Assembly: GCA_008632985.1 (NCBI GenBank)
Contig: QPGO01000110.1
Span: 186,001-250,000 of the forward strand
Direction: 5' to 3'
DNA length: 64,000 nucleotides
Origin: Psammoneis japonica
Lineage: Eukaryota
Both the position numbers and the translations under genes were made by a program. The first letter of the stretch is position 1. Every line of letters begins with the position of its first letter. The notes below the pieces were generated by a model, which saw only the letters and a program-made list of their open reading frames with translations, was not told the origin of the DNA and did no database searches. This document shows, in pieces, positions 11,609-24,648 of the stretch.

Positions 11609-14600
11609 ATGGACGGAAACCCTCTTCTCTGTCCCAGGTGTGGCAAAAGTTTTTTGCGAACAGCCTGCCATTGGAGACACTCACCGTGTCACTCAGTTGC
11701 CCAAGAGTTGCAAACCCAAGATCTGATCCCCGATCAAAGCGACATTCCTGCCACAATGGAGGGGCCACCTGAAGAAAGTGGCAGTTCTTCCTCTTTGTCC
11801 TCTGATGATGACGAATCCTGTCCAAGGCGATCTGCTTGCAGCAGATTCCCAAGATCTTCAACGAGTGATCCGAGCAGCAGCCCCTTGTTCCCCTCCCCAG
11901 ATGACGCACCGCACGGAATGGACGACATGTCCTCCATTTCATCCAACCACAGCATGCATGGAGTTGAACTTTCAGCAATGAACGATTTGGATGTTGGCAG
12001 TGGTCAATCCTTTGCTGCAGTGTCAGACGTGACAATGGAGGAGGAAGAGGACATTCACGATGAGGATCAACATTTGGGGATCAGGTGTCACACTCCTGCA
12101 GAAGAGGCCTTGGCTTCTACTCCCTCTTTGACAAATCTTGACGGAGCTTGCGTAGAGTTGTGCAAGAAGCTCATGGACACATGTGGTGCTCCCCTGGAAT
12201 TGTGTGAATGCATTGTTGATTTCATTGAGAGACACACTGGGAACAGCAACACAGAGCTTGGTGCAGTTCTGCCAAGGAGAAAAGAGTTGATGCGCACCTT
12301 AACTGAGCATTTCCCTCTTCCGCCCAGTGAGTCTGTTCCTGTCACTCTAGAAACCAAAAATTTCAAAACCGGTTTGCCAGTGCCAAGATGGGATTTCACA
12401 AAGGTTTGGGAAAAGTTTTTGCTCGATCCTCACCTGTGGTGCAGCAGAGAGAATGTGGCCGATCCAGACAATCCTTTTGGGAAGTGCAAAGCGAAGGGAC
12501 CAGATGACAAGTGCCTTTTGGTGGGTGAGTGGTGCAGGCGCAGTTGCAAAGAACGGACAGCTGTCCCGGAGAAACAATTTCTCGAGTGCAATGTCATTTA
12601 CCTCGACAAGACTGGCAGGACACAAGGGATGGGATCACATTGCAGAGAACCAGTGGTCATGACCTCTGCGCATGTTGCCTTCAACAAATGGTCAGACAAG
12701 AGTGTCTGGAAACCAACCGGTTGTCTCCCTGATTTGGAAAAGATGTCATCATCTGTGGCAAAGAATCTCTCAAACAATCACAAGGTGGAGAAGGGACGCT
12801 CGTCAAGAGACCACCACACTTGCTTGCGTGTCATTTTGGAGCCACTTTTGGAAGTCATGAGAAAAGGAGGCATGAAAACATGTGTGTGACAAGGGGATGA
12901 GATGCGACACCTCCACGCAATCCCACTGATCGTTCTGATCACAGGAGATGCAAAAAGCGGCGACTGTCTCGTCGGACGATGCGGTCACAACTGTCGTCAA
13001 CGTTGCTGTCATTTTTGCCTCACTGGCTTCAACAAACTGGACGACCCATGGATTGAATGCAAGTTTGTCCAAGGACTGGATCTCCAACAAGTGCAAACTG
13101 AGGCCAACGACGACAACAGATCAGACCAAGAAAGGAAGCACTGGTTGGGCATCTTGCATCACCTCAAGCAACACAACGCACCTGCCAAGTGTCTTTTTGA
13201 GGCAGACTTTGGCACACAACCACATGGCATTGCCCTTGCGACAGCAAGCAACATGATGCATCTCTTTGAAAATGGCACCTTGAAAAGGGTGGTCAATTCA
13301 TTTGTAGACAGCATGACACCTGTGGTCGCAAGTGAGGTGGACAGCACAGTGGAAAGGATTTTCAGCAATCACCGGTCAACTTGCAAAGCATCCTTTTTGC
13401 GAACAAACTTCAAAGGAGGAGCAACGTCACTTGCCTTCCTCAACTCTCACCACTGGGCTGGAATGGCTTTTTTTTTCTGCCTTCTCCTGTTGACCAGCGA
13501 GGGACGAAATGCATGTGAGTCACGCTTCCTTGACGAGGACGCAGACGAACCCATTCTTCCAGAGAATCGCAAGACACCCAAAGCAAACTTTGAGAGTTGT
13601 TGCCAACCCAGTGAGCACTTGGACTCTGACTGTGAAAGGTCAGAGGAGTCTGAAGAGGGTGACTGGGACGAAAATGGTGCAGGCCAGGCGATCCACCCAT
13701 CACAAGCGCAACTCCCAGTTCATCTGTTCAGAAAACAAACAAGAAAATCCGTCTCCTCATTGCCTGGACAGTGCAATTCGTCCCGCGAACAGAAGGATGC
13801 AGGTGGAAGCTTCAAAAGCTTCATGAAACACTCCATCTCCCAGTGTTTCTTCATTGTTGCCGACATGCGATGAACTTTGACGCAGGCTTGGGGGAATGTC
13901 TCTTGAAAGACTTTTTCAAGCTGCCATCATCCACCGCACAACAACGCAACCTCGATGGTTTTCTGAAGCAGGTCGTGTCGCGTGTGGAGGACCAAATGAG
14001 GCTCAACGCTGCAATTTCAGCTGACAGTTGGATTTTGCCAACTGGGAAAAAGGAATCATCAAGAGTCAGGATGGACAATCACACGCTGGGAGGAAGTGCG
14101 TTCACTCTCACCTGCAACCGAGGGATCGGCGCTGTGACGTTTGAGTGGAACAGCTTGCATGCTCGTTGCCAAGTTCACCCTGTGTTGCCAAACTTCATGT
14201 CGGAAAAGTGGGAGGATTGTGTTGGTGAAGACAATGAAAACACACATCTGACTTGTGAGACAGAGTTTTGCAATGCAAGCGGGAGGGATGCACACCGTGC
14301 GCGCCCCAATTGCAAAAGCAAAGGCCCATGGCATGACTTTGCGCATGTCACCTTTTGCACACAAAAGGGCGATCAACAGTTTCCCTCCCATTTGCTGTGT
14401 TTCTTCAAACAGGAAGACACAGGATCAATTTTTGCAGTGGTCCATCCAACTGCTTGTCAAGCTGACCAGAGAACTGTGAGGCAATGGCATCAGCACACAG
14501 ACTTGGTTGGTTGCTGGCAGCTTGATCACAAACAAAACAGCTGGCTTTCAATGCCTGAGAAGACTCAGTGCTCACCCAAGTTGCGGGTTGTCCCTGTCAA

Positions 14601-14730
14601 AGCAATTGGGGACAATGTTTTGGTTTGTGAAGAATGTCCAGGAGTGGCAGAAGCACAAGAAAAGGCCCCATTTGTTTGGGCTGCACAGGACAGAAGGAAG
14701 TGTTGGTCAGATTTGTTTCTAAAATGGGAT
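11609..14730 (+). pseudogene. Plavaka/CACTA-like transposase pseudogene
   Basis: N-terminal C2H2-like finger (CPRCGKSF); IYLDKT, EPVVMT, GDAKSGD, MHLFENG, KLHETLH and HRARPNC..GPWHD (YRAHPNY..GPWYD-like) motifs; in-frame TGA at 12887 (probable CGA>TGA) and a frameshift near 13.75 kb. Confidence 0.8.
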
Positions 14731-14745
14731 GCGCGCATCAATCTG

Positions 14746-17090
14746 TCATTCACTCACAGTGATTTCCCAAATCTTTCTTGCAAACATGATGAGTTTGATC
14801 CTTTCAGAATTGGCAAAGTCATTGTGGTGCACGTGAAGCAGCGCGGTGCGAGCACCTTCCATTGCTTTTGTTCTGATGTCTTCTTTGGAAACTCCAAGAT
14901 GAGCTTCTTCCTGATTGGAAGGCTTTCCCAACCACCACTCTCGTTGTTTTGCAAAGAATGCACTCGCACGGCTCTTTGCAGCATCGTTGTCCATTGTGCA
15001 CATGTCGAACACAGCCGATGATTTCTTCCATTGTTTGACAACCTGGAAGAAGGTTGCAAGAGCAAAGGGAATCACCATGTCCCCCCCTTCTTCGTTTTTG
15101 GAGAGCAAGGCCCAAAGATCAATTAGATTCTGGAAAAATTGAGTCGTCCCAAAACGACTGTCGTGCCACTCTCCATCTGGCATCCAGCAGCAGTCCAACA
15201 TGATTTGGTCAAACCCATGATTGTCGAAATCAACAAGTTTCTCAAACTGCTGCTTGACTCTCTTGACGAAATCTCTTGCTTTCACATTGCAACCCAAGTG
15301 CAGATCAGGATGGCTGTCTTGGAGAGAAACTGTTGGAACGACGTTTGTGATTGTTTTGTCAGTTTCCTCAAATGCCATTGCGCGGGCCTTGTCTCGCCTG
15401 TGTTGGTCGGACGACACTGAGGCCACCCCCTTCTCAGAGCACAATCATTGAGAAGACAGTTGCCTTGCATTGAGCGGACGGGTCATCCCCAACCACAGCA
15501 CATTGTGTGTTTCCCCGTCAGTTTCGTCACTTGCGAAACAATCTCCTAAGTTGCTGTGGTCCTCTTCACCGATGTGTTTTCATCCCAGGTGAGAAACGCG
15601 CATGCGGAGGTGAGACGTTTCGTCTGTCCCTTTTCCGTCGCCGTGCTTTTTGTGCGAGCAAATCTGACTGGACTTTCCCCTGATTTTTCGTTTCTTCTTT
15701 CCACAGACATGTTTATTTTGAAAAGCCAGCCGTTGTTCTCATTGGTTGAAGGGTGCGCACAAGAAAAGTGCTGTCTCGAAAGCGGCATTTTTTGGAGTGA
15801 AACTGACAGCTGTCTGCTCGTTGTTGTTGTTCTGGTGCATTTGAGAGACCATTCTGCTGTTTCTTTCACCGAATCTGACTGCTTTGAAAGAATGTACGCA
15901 TTGTTCATTGTACAAAGAGCTCATGCCAAAAAAGAACGGCGTTCTAACTCTGTTGTTTACATGAGAAAAATCGGGGGAACTGACTTCGCACGTGATTTTT
16001 TTGCGCGATCGGCCATTTCAAAGATCGACTGATTTGTCGACCTGTGTGGGACACTTGAGTGAATAAAACAAGGGGATTGAAACAGCAGCGTCAAAGTTCA
16101 ATGTGTGTCCAGTCATCATGTGATTTGACATGCCTGGGTGGAGTTAAAGATGAAACATTGACAAAATTTCACCGCTCAAAATGACTGGTTCTATCTTAGA
16201 ATAAAATAAAATGGCTGCAACACTGGGATGTCGCCAATGGCATTGTTCTGCTTTACAGTGATGAAACTGTCACACTTGCATCTGAGATTCTTTGTCCTTG
16301 CACACCCTCAAAACCGAACACACAACGATTCTCTTGTCGGTGGCGAAATCTGATGTTGTCGCGTGACCCAAAAGCGTCGTCCACAACGACTCAAAGTGCG
16401 GACGATGCATTGTAAGAATCACAGCAACGTGTCATAGAAACATTCTTCGTTGTCAGCATCCGGTGTCAAGTGGATGGAGCAGCGCGTTGACGAGAATCCC
16501 ACTTCGCAAGCTGAGGAAGAGAGAAAGAGGCATCAAAAATGTCATGAGTCAAAAGGCTGTCCATGAGGCACAACAAAAAACAAAGATCAAATTTTCAACC
16601 ACACCATCGCACTGAGCGTTGTCTTGTTGACCTGTCTCGGCATTCTTGCCTTCTCAGTCACAACATCTGTTGGTGCAAGAATGGACGAGTTCATGGCGAC
16701 AGCATGGTGCCATTTTCGGTTTGCGCGAATTGTGGTTTGTGGTTCGAGACATGGAAAAACATGTTTTTGCTGTCATGGAGCTCGTTTTTTACTAAGATTT
16801 TTGGTGCCAAATGTACGTCTCATGTAGAAACACGTAGAAAACCTCGTGATGTGTCCAAAAGTTTCTCACCTGGGATGAAAACACATCCACCCTCGGAGCA
16901 ATGTGCAACTTGGTTGTGCTCATCGTCAACAGGCTCTTTGCTTTTGTCCTCTTCACCCACACAAGCAGTTGGAAGTTTGCTTGTTTTCTCATCAATTGAC
17001 TCCTCCTCGCAATCGTCACTTTGGTTCATTGCGAATGACAACAAATCACCCCGGCGGCCTTCTTCCTGTTAGAACGAGAATTCAATGTGA
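14746..17090 (-). pseudogene. Decayed cargo gene (VLWLGM...RDKAR...FDQIMLDCCWMP), split by a 1.3-kb TIR element
   Basis: Removing 15571-16887 plus one TSD joins ORF 16820-17044 in frame to ORF 14746-15444, with one internal TGA. Confidence 0.6.
15571..16887. mobile_element. Non-autonomous TIR element, 27-bp perfect TIRs, 4-bp TSD CACC (possibly Sola-like)
   Basis: gatgtgttttcatcccaggtgagaaac at 15571-15597 and its reverse complement at 16861-16887; CACC at 15567-15570 and 16888-16891. Confidence 0.9.
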
Positions 17091-17104
17091 CAATGTCAGC
17101 ACAA

Positions 17105-19470
17105 TCAGACAAAAAACAAATGTGATTGCCATGAAAAAGTGACCTCTCTTTGCCGTTCCAGTTCAGCTCGAACTTCATCAATCGGCATGAATGGGGCTGG
17201 CTCCCACTCATGCCTTCCAAACCGCTTGATCATTGATTGCCCATCAGAGAACAAGAGCAACAGATGCTGCCCGCAACAAAAGACATCGCAGATTCCCATC
17301 TTTTCATGAGCTGCACTCAGGTCACACAGCAAAGACTCTGGGCCATTCTTTCCACAGTCTTCCAAATCAAAATCACCCTCCATCCGTTCCAAGAGTAAAC
17401 CGCGCTCCTCCACCGGGACCTTCATTTCCTCCATTTGCTTTGCCGCTCCCAACTTGGCCACCGGATGGACAAGATTGCGAAGGTCAGGGTGAGGATGGAT
17501 CCCCATGCCACACAGCATCAACATCTGCACAGAGTTCATGCATCTGAACTCTCCACAATCAGCACCTGCATGATCCCATGTTTGGGCCACGGTTTTAAAC
17601 ATGTCCTCGATTGCCTTGTGGTCAAACGTTGGCTTGCCAACATTGTCATTGATCCAGTCAATGATGACAACCAGTCCGCCAACAAGCAAGTCCATCAAAC
17701 CGTCAAGTTTCGTCCCGCACTCTGCCACATGAACCTCCTTGAAATCGAGTCCCAGGCTCTGCATGTGTCGGTTGTTGCGATCCCCCACAATGCTGCCGAA
17801 TGGCCTCGCAGCTTCTCTGAAGCAATGAAGGACATGATCGCCAGCCACGAAAGGACGCTTCACAGCATCTGTGTTGCACAACAAGCAGCAAAAATGGGAG
17901 AATCTGGTTTGACACCCAGCCACAACGGCACAATGAAAGCAATCGTGTGCACCAACCTCATCGAGGTTGTCGATGATTGCCGAACAACCGCACGAGAAAT
18001 TAAAGTCCTTCACGATGGCAAACGGAAGACGTTTCCTCGGCATGACAATGACGGGATGCTCAACTGTGTCAGATGGAAGATTTGGCTTGCCAATTTCCTC
18101 TTCCACCCACACAGAGTGAGGGTCAAGGAAAAAATCTTTGATGTTTCTGTGGGTCAGCTTGCCAGATGGAGGACGACAAGGGCCACGGTGTCTCATCATT
18201 TCTGCAGCATGTGACAGATCAAGTTTTGCGAAATGACCATGCACACGCGATCGGAACTCGGCATGCCCATGTGCCAAACTGGCACAGTTTCTAGCATTGC
18301 CTTTTGATGCAGTGATGACCTTCAATGGCCAAGAGCAACCAACAGCGTCTCGCAGTGACGAGCAAAGAGCACCAGTCTTGGTGCACCCATCCATGTCACA
18401 ATCCTCTTTGTCAATGTGCAGCTCGGTTTTTGAATCAACGGATTTTTTGCCGGACGACGAGATGCACTTCACTTGAATTTCCATGCCTTCCCTTCTAATG
18501 TGCTTGGCTCCAACCATCTTACGGAGCTCAGCCGCGAAAAGACTGTCACAGCACAGGTCATGGAAGGAACGCATTTCTTTCAAAGCAACAAGATCAATTT
18601 CATCCTCGCAGAGTTGTGTGGCGTCCAAGATTGAGGCCATCATCACCTGCACATCCTTTGGAAGCTTCTCCCACTTGTCCCTGCCAAAGACAGCACCAGG
18701 CTTGTGAGTGGGTCCCACTTCAGCTAACTCACCATCTGCGACTTCGTAATTCTGGCCACAACAACCAAAACAGATCCGACAGCGCAACTTGCATTCTGGT
18801 CCATCCCTTTTTTTGTTCGGCTCGCCATGTTCCAACACTGCACGGAGTGTCGACGACACACTGAACCACAATCCAAAAAAGCATTTCTGATGCATCTTGT
18901 CCGTGTGTCGCAAACAAGTGACCACGTCGGAAAAATGAGAGGTTGACTGGGTTGGGCAAGTGATCGCAACCATCAATTCTTGCGTCGGATCATTGGGAGC
19001 TGCGCCGTTTTCAAATCCATGCACAAACTTGCGGAGGTGATTCACCAAGTGGAAATCAGAGATGCTGTGGAACAACTGGTGCTTGACACAGTTCCCTCAA
19101 AGGCACCTGAAATTTTGGTTTCCTCAAAGATGACAAGGTGAGAATGTTGTGGCTTCACCTCACCCGGAATCGCAAACAGAGATGGTTCAGGAAAAACTTT
19201 CACAAGCTCTTCTTTTGTGAAATTGTCTGGTGGAGGAGGAGGTGACTGACAAGTCACACCGAGGGTCAGCCACTTTGTTCAGGAACGTTCAAATTGTTCC
19301 TTGAGAGTCGGCACATCTTGGAGAATCAGCGATTTGTTCTGAGAAACATCAGAAGGTTCGCCATCTTTGGGGTTTTTGAGACTGGGGCTTGAGGAACAAA
19401 GGGAGGCGGCTAAAGAAGTGGCAAGAAGAATGGAAGAATCAGAGGTGAGAAGAGGAGCATGAACAATCAA
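17105..19470 (-). pseudogene. Decayed large cargo gene of unknown function (656-aa open segment)
   Basis: ORF 17105-19075 reads like a globular protein but has a single Tyr; upstream pieces 19042-19470 probably belong to it. Confidence 0.6.
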
Positions 19471-20600
19471 TCAAACAATGTGATGCATTCACACCATTTA
19501 GATTTTTTTGTTTCCGAGCATTTTTCATAACGGATGGAATTGCATTGCCGATTTCTTTCTTCTTGCACTGAGTGGCAAAGTCATGAAGCCTGGCTTTCCA
19601 CATGGCCTCAAAACGATCCCTTGCAGCCTTGCTTTTGCTGGAATCATCAGCGGCAGAAACCACACAATCAATTTTCACACATCTTAAAAGAGTCTCATCG
19701 ACATGTGTTGCACGCATTTGTTCTCGCTTGACATCGAGCATCGCCAGTCGCGTGGGCTTTTCCCAAGAATTTTTGTGTTGGCGGAACAACAACTTTACAA
19801 ACTCAGGGAAGGACATGGGGCATTTGTCTTTGGTCGTCTCACAGCAACCAAGAGCCAAGAAATTCTCCAAAAAGTTGATGTGAGTTGATGTCTCGTCACA
19901 TTCGCCAAACAGGGAGTGCAGCCAACAATCGCAATCACCATTCCTTTCAGGTGTGCATGGTGGAATCTTGTCACGTAGAATCAAAAAACCAATGTGAAGG
20001 CATTGTGCATGACGCAAAACCTTCCCTTCAAAACTTCTCAGCTTGGTGTGCTTGACAAGTGGCTCTCCCTTTGGGTCGCACAATCCGGGATCATGGAGAA
20101 GCTTGTGCAACATGGAAATCTTTGCCATCATGTTGGTTGCAATGTCTGTTGATTTTGCCTTGTCGCCAACAACTTTCATGTCCTCTGCTTTGGGAGCACG
20201 GTGATGCTCCAACGCATGAGGATGTCTGGCGCCTTGACTGGAACAACTCCATCCTTTTGTGGAAAGAAAGTGCAGCAAGATCTTGCACCCAAGTTCCTTT
20301 GCAACAGTGCGGTTCACAGCCATCAGTTCTGCAAAAAATGAGGTCTGCCCTTTGACTTTTGCCACACATGGGCAAGCGCGATCCAATTCAGAGAGGGGTC
20401 ACAAGTGGAGTCGTGGTGAAACTGAACCTTGGATTTCACCGTCTCGATTGTCGCTTTGACATGGCTCCGCTCGTTGCTGTCGATCACTCCAAAACCATTG
20501 GCAAAGAGAGATTCAAATGCGGCCTCCTTGAGGCAGGAACCATTGTTGTCTTGTGACAGAGAGGCGACCGACAGGTCACGCGGCACCATGGTTGCTGTTC
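19439..20600 (-). pseudogene. Decayed cargo ORF, unknown function
   Basis: 315-aa Tyr-free ORF 19439-20386 co-oriented with the neighbouring cargo ORFs; 5' limit approximate. Confidence 0.4.
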
Positions 20601-21399
20601 CAATGCCAAAACATCTGGTTTCTACAGAAACACACCAGAGTGGTGTGTGGGAGAAGTTGCATGCACGCCTGGCATGATTTGGAGTTTTAAACACAAAAAC
20701 CTGCCAGACGCGCATGTGACTTCTCCCAAGGAAACCCTGCGTGAGATTGTGCCGGGAAAGGGCAGTGCGGAGTGTAGAACTGATGAAAGAAAATGTTGTG
20801 CAAAACAGCATCAGGAAAAAGGGTGCATGTGCTGGAAAACAACATGGATTTCTGCATGCACGTTAAGGTGCGTGAAAAACACATGGGTGTCTTCAAGTGA
20901 CGCGTGCGAACAATCACAAAGAAACACTCGGAAATGGAGATGGCGTGGAGAGAAGTCAGAAACATGGATCCAAAACAAAGTGATGCACAACAGAAAAAAA
21001 AACAACAACAACAAGAGATGAAGGCGACGGCAATGGGATCAATGAAAAAGAAGGATTCGGATGGAAAGATGCCGGAGACGGTGAAAACAGGCAGTGCCAA
21101 GACGAGGAAGGAAGAGAAAAATGGGGCGGGCAAAATGAAGAAAGAGAAAAAGAAGCCGACGACACGACATCAAGAGGGGAGCAGCAATGCAATTCAGCGT
21201 TTTGAGGGACCTCTTCCTCTTGATGATGTTCACCCAAATGCAAGAAATGCAGTGTGGCTTTTTTGGAATGGTGACGAGGAAACATCCAATGCGGCAGCGG
21301 CACATTTGAAATTCTTGCAAGAGAGCGGACAAGACATGTGGAATGAAGAGGATGATGCGGACGACTGGGCAAATTGGAGCACAGTTGTTGATTGAACAA

Positions 21400-24215
21400 T
21401 CAGCGCACACTTCGCATGATGAAAATTTCATTGCATGTGATTGCAATGTTTGGCTTGTCATTAAAGATCGCCAGTTGTTGTGAAAAAGGCAGAGCACAAA
21501 AATTAAAAAACACCTGTGTTCAAACATGAAGAGCAGCAGGAGATTGACAATCAACTGAACAACAAAACCGTCATGTGCAGATGAGCAGATTTTATGATGT
21601 GGCGACATGTTTTTGTCATGTGTGCAGATGTTACGACATCGTGCACTCTGATGCAGAGACAAAAAGCAGTTGCCAATGGGCAGCTGAAGGAGGCTCAGCA
21701 GCTGGCCAGTCAACTGCAGCCAGCCTGACACATGCAAAAGAGATGGCGGGAGCACTGGGCAACTGAGAGAAAATGTGAGCAGCGCCTGCAACACACACAC
21801 TTGTCCAACTTTCTTGTCACCGTGTGTGTGTCCATGTTCCAACTCTGATGCTGTGGTTGGATGACATGGGGCTTTTCCCTTCTGGGATGCCAACAATCTG
21901 GGTGTTGTCCCCGCAGCCAAGATTTTCTTTTTTCCTCAAATTTGTCTGGCAAGATGCCACTGCCTTGAAAATTTGGCAACTGCAAAAATGTTTGTGGTTG
22001 ACAAGCTCCAATCTTTCAGGGAGCAAATGCCCTCTTTCATGGGTGAAAATGTGCCACAATTTGTGCTTGCTCTGCTTTCTGAGTGTTGCTTGCCTTGTTC
22101 CCCCCTGCCTCAATGTTTGTGGCTGAACATCTGGCTGCATTTTGTTCCACTCAAAAATTTTGTGTTTTGCATCACTTCAGTCTCACCAACTCTTCTCTGT
22201 TGGACTTTTGTTGGTGTTGGGCTGCTGCCATCAATTGTCCCTCCCTTTGTTTTTGCCATTGCCTTGACATTGTTTTTGTTGTCTTTGTTTTTTTTTTGCC
22301 AGCTGTCATGTTTCTCCATGTTTGCCATGCCACACTCACAGAAAATTGCACTTTGTTGGCAAATTTTGCAAATGATGCACACACAGCTCACAATTCTCTC
22401 CCATGCATTGCAGGCTGCTTCTTTTGCAGATGACACTGTCACTCCCCATGTGTGACCTTGTGTGGCCTGCATGCCACCCTGTTGTCAACATCTCCACTGA
22501 GGTGACAGATTGGAGTGAAAATGCTGGTTTGCCATTTGCTGAGCCAACAAACGCATCATCCAAAGATTGAGCCACATCACACACATGCCTTGCAGGACTG
22601 CAACTTCTCTGAACAAGTGGTGAGCTGCCTTCCTGCGACTTTGGCTGATTGACTTGTTCCTGCAGATCTGCAAGTTTGCCAGTTGTTGGCTGCCCATGTG
22701 CCACAAGCTGTGCTTGGCAACCAGGCTTCAGCCATCGTTGGCTGGGTGGTCGTGGTTGCTGGCACTGCTCATGATCCACATCTGCCATGCACAAGTTGCT
22801 CCACTTGAACAGACAGGCTGTGGCCAAAAGCTGATTGCTGGCTCAACCACCAAGTTTTCCATCACCACCCTTCTTGCATTTCAACCAAGGATGGCAGAAC
22901 GTTTTGGCCAAATCAAAGCTTTTTTCTCAAACCTGCAGCAGAAGGAAGCATGCTTGTGTTGCAGCCACAACTGGTGTCAGATGAAATCTTTCATGACCCT
23001 CTTGACAATCCCAAGAAAAATGAGATGCGTTGGGACGTCCAAGAAAATGAACATAGAAACGCCAATCTTGCATGTCACCAAGAAGCTCAAACACTGCTTT
23101 GACCATGGACCCTGTCTTGTGATGGCAGAGCTGATGAGGATTGACCAGATTGGACAGCTGAGCGTGTTCTTTTTAAAAAGATCCCATGTTGGCCGATGAT
23201 TGTTTTTTTGTCGCTGAGGAAAAGAGAAACAAGCTGTCATCTGTCTGCAACCTTGTGTGAATGGGGGGCTCTGGCATGCATGGGATGCAAGATTCAGCTG
23301 TTTGAAGGGGTTGGTGTCATCATCCCATGCAAAAAAAATGGGGAGCATCAGCCTGTTTGGGAAGGTGCTGCTGGATTGTGCAGATTTCACAATCTGACAC
23401 ACATGCTCAGTCTGACAGATGGAAAAGAGACAGGGCTGTTGGGAGATTTGTCCACAGGAACAAGCAGCTCCATTTCATGTGGAAGTCCAAGGACATGTGG
23501 CACGGCACTGTTTGAAAGAGAGAGCAGCAGCGGGCATGCCCGTGCAGCTCAACTCCAGTGTGTGTTGGCAGATTCTTGGGGCACATGGCACGCATTTTCC
23601 ATCCAGGGTGAATGAACGAGCATTGTTGATGATGTTGGTGCAGGCGGGTCACATGAAAACAGTGGTGTCCATGTTGGGTGGGTTCACAGTGCCAGAGACA
23701 AAACTGGACAGCAAGCTCACATGAGACAAAGGAAGCGTCTTCACTGGCATGGACAGTTTCATCATCTGGGTGGCAATGTGGGGATGACAGCAGACCATGC
23801 TGGTGAGCTTTGCTTTTGACAAATTGCCTTGGCCACCAAATGCTCTGCTTCATGGCCCAAGTTTGCACCGGGAAGGTGAGAGCGGGCATTGCGAATGATG
23901 AAAGAGAGGTGCGTTGCATCGTCGGTGCACAGGGGACAAATTGGGGCAGCACCTGTCATCACAAGTTTGGGAGGAACAAGCCAGGATGAGAAAAATTCAT
24001 TGCAGGTGTGGGGGAATTTGGCTGACCTTCGTCCAGACAAGACAAGGGTTGCTGGTGGGCTGTGGGGGAACAAGTGTGGGGAAATTTGCTGGTGGTGGTG
24101 GGGGNNNNNNNNNNNGGGGGGGGCAACAAAATTGCAGGTGCGTTCCATTGCTGGTAAAAAACCAGAAATGGATGCGACCAGCAATGTCACAGGAAGGCAG
24201 GTGCGTGCCAGTGAT
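21400..24215. repeat. Heavily decayed repeat block, TpA- and CpG-depleted
   Basis: Composition only; normal TA content resumes at about 24215. Confidence 0.6.
24105..24115. other. Assembly gap (11 N) inside a poly-G tract
   Basis: N run flanked by G runs. Confidence 0.99.
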
Positions 24216-24648
24216 TAAACTTTTCTATTTGCCAGCAATGCTTGTATTCCTGGCAATCTCGCGAGCTGTTTCAACGCGCTCGTCATCATTTTTTTGTGTG
24301 CGTTCAACGGTCCACCCTCCTTTTTTCCCTTTTCCTTTTTTCCCGCAATTATTTCACAAGAAGACTATGGGGGACGTCTTCGGAAGTGAGACTGTCGAAG
24401 AAAGTTACGTAGAATATGTACTAAAACAGCCTGTCAATCAGTGCGATTGGGTGTTTGGGAACGCTGGACAGATCTTCCGTGTTTTTTCTTGTGCGTACAA
24501 ATTGTACCGGGAAAACCCCCAGACGCACTGGCGATCAGACCGCCTTCGACGTTTTCACTCCCAAAGACGCCCCCCCCAAGACGCACAGGATGAAAAAAAT
24601 GTGCATGACCAACCCCCAGGTCGAGTCGACATTCTAGATGAAGTTCAG

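Noticed and set aside
23914..24648. Long N-terminal extension of the GT90 ORF
   Set aside because: It runs through an N gap and mutated repeat DNA; the signal anchor follows the ATG at 24649.
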